NCBI GenBank assembly: GCA_016190205.1
Contig: JACPQZ010000076.1
Span: forward strand, 4,632-68,631
Reading direction: 5' to 3'
DNA from: Candidatus Omnitrophota bacterium
Lineage (GTDB): Bacteria; Omnitrophota; JACPQZ01
Length of the DNA: 64,000 nucleotides
In this document: piece after piece, positions 28,497 through 36,111 of the stretch
Layout: the number at the start of each line of letters is the position of its first letter
Numbering within the stretch: the stretch's first letter is position 1
The notes under the pieces: model-generated
What the model saw: only the letters and a program-made list of their open reading frames with translations
Databases searched by the model: none
What the model was told of the DNA's origin: nothing
Position numbers and translations under genes: made by a program

Positions 28497-28549
28497 AGTC
28501 GGCCTGTGCAGCCCTGGCGAACGCTAGGATATAACACCGCCATGCGGGC

Positions 28550-28585
28550 GGGGTCGACGGGCGCCATACGCGCTTTCGCGCTACT
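28550..28585. repeat. 36-nt direct repeat, copy 1 (GGGGTCGACGGGCGCCATACGCGCTTTCGCGCTACT); its first 12 nt equal the tRNA-Asp 3-prime end
   Basis: 34/36 identity with copy 2 at 29672..29707. The two copies flank the yjbQ-tag segment. Confidence 0.85.
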
Positions 28586-28606
28586 TACCAGGTGCAAAAG
28601 TGCCAC

Positions 28607-29020
28607 TTAATTTCCCATCACCTTGACCACGACGCGTTTTTTGCGCTTGCCGTCAAATTCGGCGTAAAAAATCTGCTCCCAGGGGCCTAGATCCAGCTTC
28701 CCCCCGGTAACAGGCAGGACCGCCTGATGGTGAACCAAGGTGCGTTTGAGATGGGCGTCGCCGTTGTCCTCTCCCGTGAGGTGGTGGCGGTAGTCCTCGC
28801 GGAAAGGCGCGAGCCGCTCTAAAAGCTCCCATAAATCCTCCCACAGCCCTTCCTCGTTATCGTTCACCCAAATCCCGGCAGTAATGTGCATGGCCGAGAC
28901 CAGGCACATTCCTTCCTGGACGCCGCTTTTTTTGACGATCCCCTCGAGCTTGTCCGTGATATTGACCAGATCCCTGCGCTTGGGGGTGTTAAACCAAAGG
29001 TATTCGGTGAGGGTGGTCAT
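28607..29020 (-). CDS. yjbQ: YjbQ/UPF0047 family protein (secondary thiamine-phosphate synthase-like)
   Basis: Reads [50 protein letters not shown]..., typical of UPF0047. Confidence 0.7.
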   Translation of the reverse strand: MTTLTEYLWFNTPKRRDLVNITDKLEGIVKKSGVQEGMCLVSAMHITAGIWVNDNEEGLWEDLWELLERLAPFREDYRHHLTGEDNGDAHLKRTLVHHQAVLPVTGGKLDLGPWEQIFYAEFDGKRKKRVVVKVMGN

Positions 29021-29022
29021 GA

Positions 29023-29616
29023 TTATGGGTGCTGCACTTCGCGGTGTCTGAAACAACTGACAAGGTGATCGTTCACCATGCCTGTCGCCTGCATGTGGGC
29101 ATAGCAGATGGTGGATCCTACGAACCGGAAGCCTTTCTCCTTAAGGGCATGGCTCAAGGCGTCGGACTCTGACGTTCGCGCGGGCAAGTCTTTTAGAGAC
29201 CTGCGCTTGTTCTGGATGGGCTTGCCGTCCACAAACCGCCATATAAAGGAAGAGAAACTCCTTTCCTCTTTTTGAATCTTGAGAAAAGCCCGAGCGTTTG
29301 TGATCGCCGCTTCGATCTTGAGACGGTTACGGATGATGCCAGTATTTTGAAGCAACCGGCTCACGTCACGCCTGCCATAGCGGGCTATTTTCTCGGCGTC
29401 GAACCCATGGAAAGCCTTGCGGTAATTTTCCCGCTTTTTAAGCACCGTGAGCCAGCTTAAACCCGCCTGTGCCCCTTCGAGCACTAAAAATTCAAACAAC
29501 TTGCCGTCGTCATACAAAGGCACTCCCCATTCCCGGTCGTGGTAAGCTCGCATGAGGGGATCGGATTCAGCCCATTCACAGCGGTGGTTGGCAGACATGT
29601 ATCGAAATGAAGCCAA
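29023..29616 (-). CDS. tag: DNA-3-methyladenine glycosylase I
   Basis: Contains [45 protein letters not shown], a close match to Tag. Confidence 0.85.
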   Translation of the reverse strand: MASFRYMSANHRCEWAESDPLMRAYHDREWGVPLYDDGKLFEFLVLEGAQAGLSWLTVLKKRENYRKAFHGFDAEKIARYGRRDVSRLLQNTGIIRNRLKIEAAITNARAFLKIQKEERSFSSFIWRFVDGKPIQNKRRSLKDLPARTSESDALSHALKEKGFRFVGSTICYAHMQATGMVNDHLVSCFRHREVQHP

Positions 29617-29671
29617 TTATCCTTACCAGGTACAAGAGTGCCACGTCGAATTGACGACGGGAAATAATTAC

Positions 29672-29707
29672 GGGGTCGACGGGCGCCATACGCGCCTTTG
29701 CGCTACT
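29672..29707. repeat. 36-nt direct repeat, copy 2 (GGGGTCGACGGGCGCCATACGCGCCTTTGCGCTACT)
   Basis: See copy 1 at 28550..28585. Confidence 0.85.
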
Positions 29708-29757
29708 GGCACTTCCCTGGCGTGCCAGGCACCGAAGGCCGAAGAGAAGAAAAGAAA

Positions 29758-29979
29758 TTAAGCTGCCTTCAACCCCTGCAACGTTCTTTTCCGAAATCCT
29801 ATGATGGTCAACCCTACCACTTCTTTTTTCTTTTGGTCGTAACGGACGATGACACCCTCTCCGATATCCACACCTACTGCGGGACGTGGTTTGCCGACGG
29901 AAATATAAAGGACATCGGCTTCCTCGTCGTATTCCCAATTCAATGAGCGTTTTCCCTCAAGAATTCTCAGCGCTTCCAT
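29758..29979 (-). CDS. DUF2283 family small protein (antitoxin-like)
   Basis: 73 aa with YDEEADVLYISV and VVGLTII segments, the DUF2283 pattern. It overlaps the upstream gene. Confidence 0.55.
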   Translation of the reverse strand: MEALRILEGKRSLNWEYDEEADVLYISVGKPRPAVGVDIGEGVIVRYDQKKKEVVGLTIIGFRKRTLQGLKAA

Positions 29980-30278
29980 ATTACCTCCCTCCTCTTCGAA
30001 AAGGAGCCCGCAAAATATGCTGTTAGAACAAATCCTTCTTGTCCGCCAGCCTCTTTGTAGGCAACCACCAAGTGCTTTTGCGTAAGGGGCGTTTTTGAAT
30101 AGAATCGCACGGCCAGCAACTCGCCGAAATCACCTTCCTGGATTAAATCAGGGTCTGAAATGGTTTCCACGACCCTATCCCTCTGACCCTCCATTTCCGG
30201 ATGGCGCCTCAGAATGTGCTCCCACCGCTCGCGCGTTAAGCGGATTGGGATCCCTTTCTTAGAATGAATAATAATCAT
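29967..30278 (-). CDS. Small protein paired with DUF2283 (DUF4258-like toxin candidate)
   Basis: 103-aa ORF overlapping the DUF2283 gene by 13 nt. It has the genomic arrangement typical of DUF4258/DUF2283 pairs. The family assignment is tentative. Confidence 0.4.
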   Translation of the reverse strand: MIIIHSKKGIPIRLTRERWEHILRRHPEMEGQRDRVVETISDPDLIQEGDFGELLAVRFYSKTPLTQKHLVVAYKEAGGQEGFVLTAYFAGSFSKRREVIWKR

Positions 30279-30430
30279 CTATCTAACTGAACCGGTTTAT
30301 TTCATCCACTTCCCAATGCGCGTATTTCGTATGCGCTCCAAGTGTCCCTGGCGTACCAGGCACCGACAATTTAATTTTCAGTTTTAGTGCCAGTTAAAAT
30401 GGAATTGTCGTGCGCTCCTGGCTCCAGAGT

Positions 30431-31258
30431 TTAAACTCCGGGGTTGTTATCAGTGCTTGGTACCGTGTTGCCGGGTACTGTATTTTTCCTTTCCGAAGAC
30501 CGGCGGTAAGGTTTTAATTCCTCATCACTTTGGTAATCTCTAATGATTTCGCGAACCCGTTGGCTTATTGAAGAGGAATCAGTTATAACTGGACCACGAG
30601 CGATTAACTTCCGCTCTTCTGAGAATGTGTTTCCGCTTTTATCTTTATAACAAACCGAAATAATTAGAAAAGGCGGCCTCTCAGGCTCAAATATACTCCC
30701 TTTCTCGGAAATTGGAATCTCACGTTCTTCTTCAGGAGCTATTATATAGTGGAATTTTGGTTGGCGCCCTTTCTTATAAATTTGGGAAATATGCTCACCA
30801 TCAACAATGTATGGGCGAGGAGCACTAAGATCAAAATATTCATGTACCCCTGTGATAGGATTAACAATCACGACCTCGGAATCTAACGCCTCGCCGGTAC
30901 CGATATTTTTTAGAGTTACTTTTCCAACGCCGTTTTCAATATCGACAATTTCATAGCGGCTTACAACTAATCGAGGCTCATATGAATCAGCGCGCTTGGA
31001 TGCAGTCACAACGAGGAGAATCGTAGAAATAAGTAAAGAGAGCAGTGCTGTTAACGTTGCTGGTTGCACATTTCCAAACCTGTCTCTCTCCCAGGAGAAA
31101 AAAATTATTATGCACGCAATCAGATAAATCCAGATCCAAGTTTTGATAGGAAGAGTATTCACAATAAGTGACGGTAGGAAAAAATAACCTGAAATGAAAA
31201 ATGGCAATGGTAGGAGTAATGATGCAACTAAGTGCCGCAATAAGGTCATTATTCCCAT
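30431..31258 (-). CDS. Hypothetical membrane protein in an AT-rich (foreign-looking) segment
   Basis: 275-aa ORF with N-terminal transmembrane helices. Local GC is visibly lower than its surroundings. Tandem GTTAACACA repeats lie in its upstream region. Confidence 0.45.
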   Translation of the reverse strand: MGIMTLLRHLVASLLLPLPFFISGYFFLPSLIVNTLPIKTWIWIYLIACIIIFFSWERDRFGNVQPATLTALLSLLISTILLVVTASKRADSYEPRLVVSRYEIVDIENGVGKVTLKNIGTGEALDSEVVIVNPITGVHEYFDLSAPRPYIVDGEHISQIYKKGRQPKFHYIIAPEEEREIPISEKGSIFEPERPPFLIISVCYKDKSGNTFSEERKLIARGPVITDSSSISQRVREIIRDYQSDEELKPYRRSSERKNTVPGNTVPSTDNNPGV

Positions 31259-31711
31259 ACCGACATTCTTGATAGGTGCGCTATTGTTAACACAATGTTA
31301 ACACAGGTCTATTTTATATAAGCAGGGAGTTATGGCTTAATCATCATTACCACTTCTGTATATTTAAAGTATGCATAACGGAGTCGACGGGATTTGGCGG
31401 TTTGGGCTCGCCACTTAGTCGATTACTCCTTCGGTTATCGGTGTTCGGTGCTCGGTTATCGCAAGAAAAAGAAATATTATGAGCCTTCAGCCGTCGGCTA
31501 TCTGCCTTGGGCTTTTGCTGATGGCTGATGGCTGATAGCCAACAGAGTTTGCGAGCACCGATAACCGATCCACGATCACCGAATCAAATGCTCGCCCAAA
31601 CTCGGCCACTCGCCGCGCCAAGGAAGGCGGTGCTCCCATATAGGTCGCACCGCATGTGTTGGGGGGCGCGGCTCACTTCAAATCCCGTCGACCTTTTGAC
31701 GGAAAAGAAGA

Positions 31712-31787
31712 CGGGGTCGACGGGATTTGAACCCGCGGTCTCCTGATCGACAGTCAGGCGCTTTAAGCCGGACTAAGCTACGACCCC
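31712..31787 (-). tRNA. tRNA-Asp (anticodon GTC)
   Basis: Reverse complement reads GGGGTCGTAGCTTAGTCCGGCTTAAAGCGCCTGACTGTCGATCAGGAGACCGCGGGTTCAAATCCCGTCGACCCCG. It folds as a cloverleaf with anticodon loop CTGTCGA. Confidence 0.85.
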
Positions 31788-31920
31788 TTTAAAACCGTGA
31801 CTCGTCGCTCGTGAATCGTGGTTTTAGCAAGAAACACGCTTGTCGTGAGTGAAGCGTGATGTGTGGTGAAACCGTCACTTCACTCACCCCTCACCACACA
31901 TGACAATCTTTACTCGCCAA

Positions 31921-31994
31921 GAGTAGTCATTGGGCGAAACAGGACTCGAACCTGTAACCCCTCGGATGTAAACCGAGTGCTCTGACCGATTGAG
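31921..31994 (-). tRNA. tRNA-Val (anticodon TAC)
   Basis: Reverse complement reads GGGCGAATAGCTCAATCGGTCAGAGCACTCGGTTTACATCCGAGGGGTTACAGGTTCGAGTCCTGTTTCGCCCA. Confidence 0.85.
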
Positions 31995-32023
31995 CTATTC
32001 GCCCGAAAGCGTATATGATGTAG

Positions 32024-32485
32024 TCACGAATAACCTGATTTTCTTTTCTTCACGATTCGCGCCAGATCCAGTTTGTCCTGCGGGCGTCCGCTTGCCTTTT
32101 TAGACAGTATGAGCTCATCGAGGCCCATGATGTTGATGGCGATTTTCCCATACCGGCTATGTCTCCGGTGTTTCCATGCCTCAATTGCAGAGACCCCCGG
32201 CACCTTAATCAAAATGTCCACTCTTACCGGCGCAATACCTATTTGAAGTATTACGGATTGATCCTGAAAATCACCCGGGCGCACCCCTTTCAGAGGAGCA
32301 CCATAGAACTTCAGGGCCTTGTAGACGCTGCGTGGATCGTTCAGTTCTGCCGGGATCCAGATGTCCAGATCTTTCGTAAATCGGGGCTCGGAATAAAATA
32401 TAACGGCGTGAGCGCCGATAACAAGATACTTGATCTTATGCGCGTTTAAGGCGCTGAACAGATCTTCGTAATCGGAGCTCGGCAA
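32024..32485 (-). CDS. Pol-beta-superfamily nucleotidyltransferase-fold protein, paralog of 24413..24943
   Basis: Contains YLVIGAHAVIFYSEPRFTKDLDIWI (G...D-x-D motif) and a C-terminal SGRPQDKLDL segment. It has the same architecture as the first nucleotidyltransferase gene. Confidence 0.5.
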   Translation of the reverse strand: MPSSDYEDLFSALNAHKIKYLVIGAHAVIFYSEPRFTKDLDIWIPAELNDPRSVYKALKFYGAPLKGVRPGDFQDQSVILQIGIAPVRVDILIKVPGVSAIEAWKHRRHSRYGKIAINIMGLDELILSKKASGRPQDKLDLARIVKKRKSGYS

Positions 32486-32633
32486 CTGGCTTCCCCCGCA
32501 TCTTCAGAAACGTACTGACCATAGCCCAAGCGGCTTCAAAACGCGCCGCCGCACCCGCACGCCGCCAAAACCACCGGTCAAACGCATCGGCTTCTTTAAA
32601 AGATTTCGACTTGTGAATCCATGTCTTGCTCAT
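32436..32633 (-). CDS. Small ORF overlapping the 5-prime end of the second nucleotidyltransferase gene (possible antitoxin partner)
   Basis: 65-aa ORF with a 50-nt overlap onto the downstream nucleotidyltransferase gene. No recognisable domain. Confidence 0.25.
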   Translation of the reverse strand: MSKTWIHKSKSFKEADAFDRWFWRRAGAAARFEAAWAMVSTFLKMRGKPVAELRLRRSVQRLKRA

Positions 32634-32728
32634 CGCATTCCTACCCCCTTGCCCACCTAAACTATGCGAACCTTAGCACATAGCCTCGAAGCCCCCCGAA
32701 GCATCATGCGAAGGGGAGCGAAGAAGTG

Positions 32729-32803
32729 CGTCCCCAACGGGATTTGAACCCGTGTTGACGGCTCGAAAGGCCGTTGTCCTAGACCGGGCTAGACGATGGG
32801 GAC
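32729..32803 (-). tRNA. tRNA-Glu (anticodon TTC)
   Basis: Reverse complement reads GTCCCCATCGTCTAGCCCGGTCTAGGACAACGGCCTTTCGAGCCGTCAACACGGGTTCAAATCCCGTTGGGGACG. Confidence 0.85.
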
Positions 32804-32959
32804 AGTAATCAGAACCAAATCCGGCCTCGTGAAGCGTCGATCGTGAAGACTATCTCACAACCCTGTAATAGAACCTCGCGCCGCTGCCCCTCGTAGCCGC
32901 ATCTTCCTGATACGAGATACGCTTCACGAGATACGAGATACGAAAATGTGGACAGCGTG

Positions 32960-34972
32960 TTACTCGAAAACAACGTCCGCAATCCAAATCGTCCGCGACC
33001 CAGCGGCTCCCTTGACGCCGGCCTCATCCGCAAGAAGAATATTCGAGATGCGCGACGCGTCGAGCCGGCCGTCCTGGCGTTTCTTCTCGTCCACCGAAAG
33101 GTCGTTCAAGGGGTACTCAAAACGCTTCCATTCGGCACCCACCGGCACCATGACAAAGAAAGCCTCTCCCCCGCTCTCCTCCACTTGGACGAACACCTGG
33201 CCGTCGCGGTCGCTCCGCGCCCAAAAGCCAAGGGTACGGGCATCCCGCAGCCGGTCTGACGGGAGCGGCTTGACCGCCCAGATCCACTGGCCCTGGTAAT
33301 GGTAGTTCCATTGCATGGACGTCGTGCCGACCGCCGGCCCCTCTGAAACGGCTGTCACGCTGGTGCCGGGAGAGACGGTAAAAACATCAGCCGCTTTTGA
33401 AAAATCAAGCTGGAAGCTGCCAGGCCTATCCTGCCGCGTCTGGGGCACAAGGGGTGCCGGCTCATGCCGGGCACCGGAGTCAACGTCATCTTTAGGGCCG
33501 CCGGCAAGAACCGCCCTCCATTCCTCCCAGCCGAGCTTCGGACGCAGAGAGCTATCAAAGAATCCAATGTTCCGCCAGATGAGATTTGCCTCGCTTCCGG
33601 GAACCCCCGACATCTTCTCAAATAGCGCATCATAATCAACGGCTAAAAACCAGGTTACAAAGAGCCAGCCGTCACGCCGGGCGAATCGGCCGAGATCCCT
33701 TACGTAATCGGCCTGTGTCTTTTCATCTCCGTACATCTTGAGCCCGTAGGTCGGGATGGAGATATCACGGGTCGTGTAGCCTGTCTCGCAGATCGCGACG
33801 GGTTTTCGGGTGTATCCGCGCAGCCACTCGAATGGCTCGCGCCAAGCGCCCGGCGCCGCGGGAAGGGGCGGGTCACCCATGGCCTCGCCGAAAGACGACG
33901 TGTACGGATAGAAACTAAGTCCCAGGTAGTCACATTTTTCAACGAGTGGCTTCACACGCTCGGCGACGTCGGGCCTGCGCAACGACCCCAAACCGAAGGA
34001 GATACCGATCCAAAGATCCGGATACTCCTCTTTCAGACGGCTATACACATAATCAAAGAGCGCTTCAAACTGCGGCCAGCGAGTAGGATCATTCCGAGCA
34101 AGTTCACCGGCTTCGATGCCAACGTTGAGGAACTTCGGGTGAAACTTTTCGACCGCCTGGCGGGCGTACCTCAAATACGCCTCTTTGACTGTGGGGTTAT
34201 CCAACCCTGCGCCTTGCAGTTCCTTCGGAAGCGGCGTCCCATCAAGTCCCCCTACGAGGCTCTTGCGGTCTGTGGCGAGAGGGGCCAACCCCACGTACAC
34301 CACATGTCCCTTGGGGATTCTCCGTACCTCGTCATCCCACTTCTCACCCGCCTTGCCCGAAATCACCCGGTCGGCGAGGAGGTCATCCCACGGCACTCCG
34401 TCGTCGAAATGCAGGGCATAGAGCGTGGAATGGGGCACGATGATTTCGCGTGTGCGGGTCACCGCCTCGAGTGTGAAGTCATACGGAAAAGGGGTAAAAC
34501 CAAAGTAGGGGGCGTCCTCCGGGTCCGGTTTTCCGGCCCAGGCAGTCCCAGTGAATGTGACTGCGTTTGAAGTATCCTTTGAAGTTACCCTTTCGCTCTC
34601 CATTGAGACCGTACCTTCTAGAAACCTGACGGCGATCCCCTCGACCCTCCGTCCCTGCTCCCAATCCAGCAAGCCGGGGGCAAAGGTCTTGTGACTATAT
34701 GTTACGCGGATCACCCCATCCACCCGGCCATAGAGTTTCAACGCCTCTTTACGAAGGCGTTTATGGAGAGTGGAGTCGGAAACGGGAAACAAACCGCTGG
34801 CTGCCTCTACGCCGACCGGGCCGAGTTCTTCGTATCGCTCAGCCGGTGCGAGTTGGCTTATCAGGAAATTATCTTTTGAGATAGAGCGTTCGGGTCCGGC
34901 AATGGGAGACACAGCACACCCCAATAAGGAGATCCCGAACATGAGACCTGCCATCCCTAATCTCATATTCAT
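32960..34972 (-). CDS. Lipoprotein with a TIM-barrel glycoside-hydrolase-like domain and a C-terminal carbohydrate-binding-like domain
   Basis: Has a lipobox (LLGCAV), a GH-like segment with ICETGY (putative catalytic Glu) and an aromatic-rich beta domain at the C-terminus. Confidence 0.5.
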   Translation of the reverse strand: MNMRLGMAGLMFGISLLGCAVSPIAGPERSISKDNFLISQLAPAERYEELGPVGVEAASGLFPVSDSTLHKRLRKEALKLYGRVDGVIRVTYSHKTFAPGLLDWEQGRRVEGIAVRFLEGTVSMESERVTSKDTSNAVTFTGTAWAGKPDPEDAPYFGFTPFPYDFTLEAVTRTREIIVPHSTLYALHFDDGVPWDDLLADRVISGKAGEKWDDEVRRIPKGHVVYVGLAPLATDRKSLVGGLDGTPLPKELQGAGLDNPTVKEAYLRYARQAVEKFHPKFLNVGIEAGELARNDPTRWPQFEALFDYVYSRLKEEYPDLWIGISFGLGSLRRPDVAERVKPLVEKCDYLGLSFYPYTSSFGEAMGDPPLPAAPGAWREPFEWLRGYTRKPVAICETGYTTRDISIPTYGLKMYGDEKTQADYVRDLGRFARRDGWLFVTWFLAVDYDALFEKMSGVPGSEANLIWRNIGFFDSSLRPKLGWEEWRAVLAGGPKDDVDSGARHEPAPLVPQTRQDRPGSFQLDFSKAADVFTVSPGTSVTAVSEGPAVGTTSMQWNYHYQGQWIWAVKPLPSDRLRDARTLGFWARSDRDGQVFVQVEESGGEAFFVMVPVGAEWKRFEYPLNDLSVDEKKRQDGRLDASRISNILLADEAGVKGAAGSRTIWIADVVFE

Positions 34973-35334
34973 TTGTACCGTGCCAGGCCCCTCTCATCCG
35001 TTACGTACTCATAGTCGACCACCACCCCGTCCCGAAACGTCACGGTGAGAGTCTGGCCGCTGCCACCCGATCGGCTCCAGGTGATGAGAAAAGGAATGCC
35101 AAAGACCTTTTCCACGCCGTGCCGATACACAAAGACCTCAGTCCCGGAAGGTTTGTAGATGACCTGCTGAGGTCTCCCGATCAAATTGACGATATCATCC
35201 TTAGTGCTGGTGCCAATCACGATCCTTTGAACCTCATGGGGATGAATCTCGGCCAGGCGGCCGTGCGAGGCGATCGAGCAGCCCGATACCCAGACGAACC
35301 CGAATAATAGAAGGATGTAGCCCTTGATTTTCAT
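34969..35334 (-). CDS. Small lipoprotein, BamE/SmpA-OmlA-like
   Basis: Has a lipobox (VSGCS) and a TKDDIVNLIGRP segment similar to the BamE fold. It overlaps the downstream lipoprotein gene in an ATGA arrangement. Confidence 0.4.
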   Translation of the reverse strand: MKIKGYILLLFGFVWVSGCSIASHGRLAEIHPHEVQRIVIGTSTKDDIVNLIGRPQQVIYKPSGTEVFVYRHGVEKVFGIPFLITWSRSGGSGQTLTVTFRDGVVVDYEYVTDERGLARYK

Positions 35335-35428
35335 GTAGTTATCACCTCTCTAAAGATGGCAATCGTGAGGGCAGATGGATTCGGCGGTTTGGCAGAGAAT
35401 CCATCTGCCCAATACATGTAAAGAACTC

Positions 35429-35502
35429 TGAGGGCAGATGGATTCGAACCATCGACACCCGCCTTAAAAGGGCGGTGCTCTACCAGACTGAGCTATGCCC
35501 CC
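35429..35502 (-). tRNA. tRNA-Lys (anticodon TTT)
   Basis: Reverse complement reads GGGGGCATAGCTCAGTCTGGTAGAGCACCGCCCTTTTAAGGCGGGTGTCGATGGTTCGAATCCATCTGCCCTCA. The 5-prime end abuts the frr stop codon. Confidence 0.85.
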
Positions 35503-36062
35503 TAAACCGTGTGGATTTCCTTTTCCTTGTCAGAGAGGAGGCGGTCGATGTCCTTCGCGTAACGGTCGGTGACCTTCTGCAGCTCCTCCTGCGCCCGGCG
35601 GCCCTCGTCTTCAGACAGCCGGCCCTCGTCCTCCTCCTTTTCGAGGGCCTCCTTCGCCTCACGCCGGATATTGCGTAAGGACACGCGGCTCTGCTCAGAC
35701 ATGTGCCGGACCACCTTCTCAAGCTCCTGGCGGCGCTCCGCCGTCGGCTGGGGCATGGTGAGGCGGACATGCTTGCCGTCGTTCTGGGGCGTGATCCCCA
35801 AGCCCGACTCCTGAATGGCCTTCTCGATATTGGAAATCTGCCCGGCATCCCAAGGCTGAATCACGATGACCCTTGCCTCGGGTATGGTCAGGGATGCCAT
35901 CTGCTTGAGAGGTGTAGGCGTGCCGTAGTAATCCACACGGAGGCTGTCCAAAAGCGCTGTGTTTGCACGTCCGGTCCGAACCGTGTGGAACTCATTGACC
36001 AATGCCTCAAGTGCCTTCTTCATCTTGACTTCGCCGTGATGAATGATCTCTTTGGCGGGCAT
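35502..36062 (-). CDS. frr: Ribosome recycling factor
   Basis: Full-length RRF similarity (ALEALVNEFHTVRTGRANTALLDSLRVDYYGTPTPL...). The probable start is the internal M at 36062. Confidence 0.9.
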   Translation of the reverse strand: MPAKEIIHHGEVKMKKALEALVNEFHTVRTGRANTALLDSLRVDYYGTPTPLKQMASLTIPEARVIVIQPWDAGQISNIEKAIQESGLGITPQNDGKHVRLTMPQPTAERRQELEKVVRHMSEQSRVSLRNIRREAKEALEKEEDEGRLSEDEGRRAQEELQKVTDRYAKDIDRLLSDKEKEIHTV

Positions 36063-36111
36063 ACCAAACCCTCCTTGTCGCGAGCTCAAACTAAAGTTTC
36101 ATTAATTTTTA

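Noticed and set aside
23041-32633. Calling the island a bona fide integron
   Set aside because: No intI gene, no attI, and no clear attC R-double-prime/R-prime core sites (RYYYAAC ... GTTRRRY) could be identified by eye. It is described only as cassette-like.
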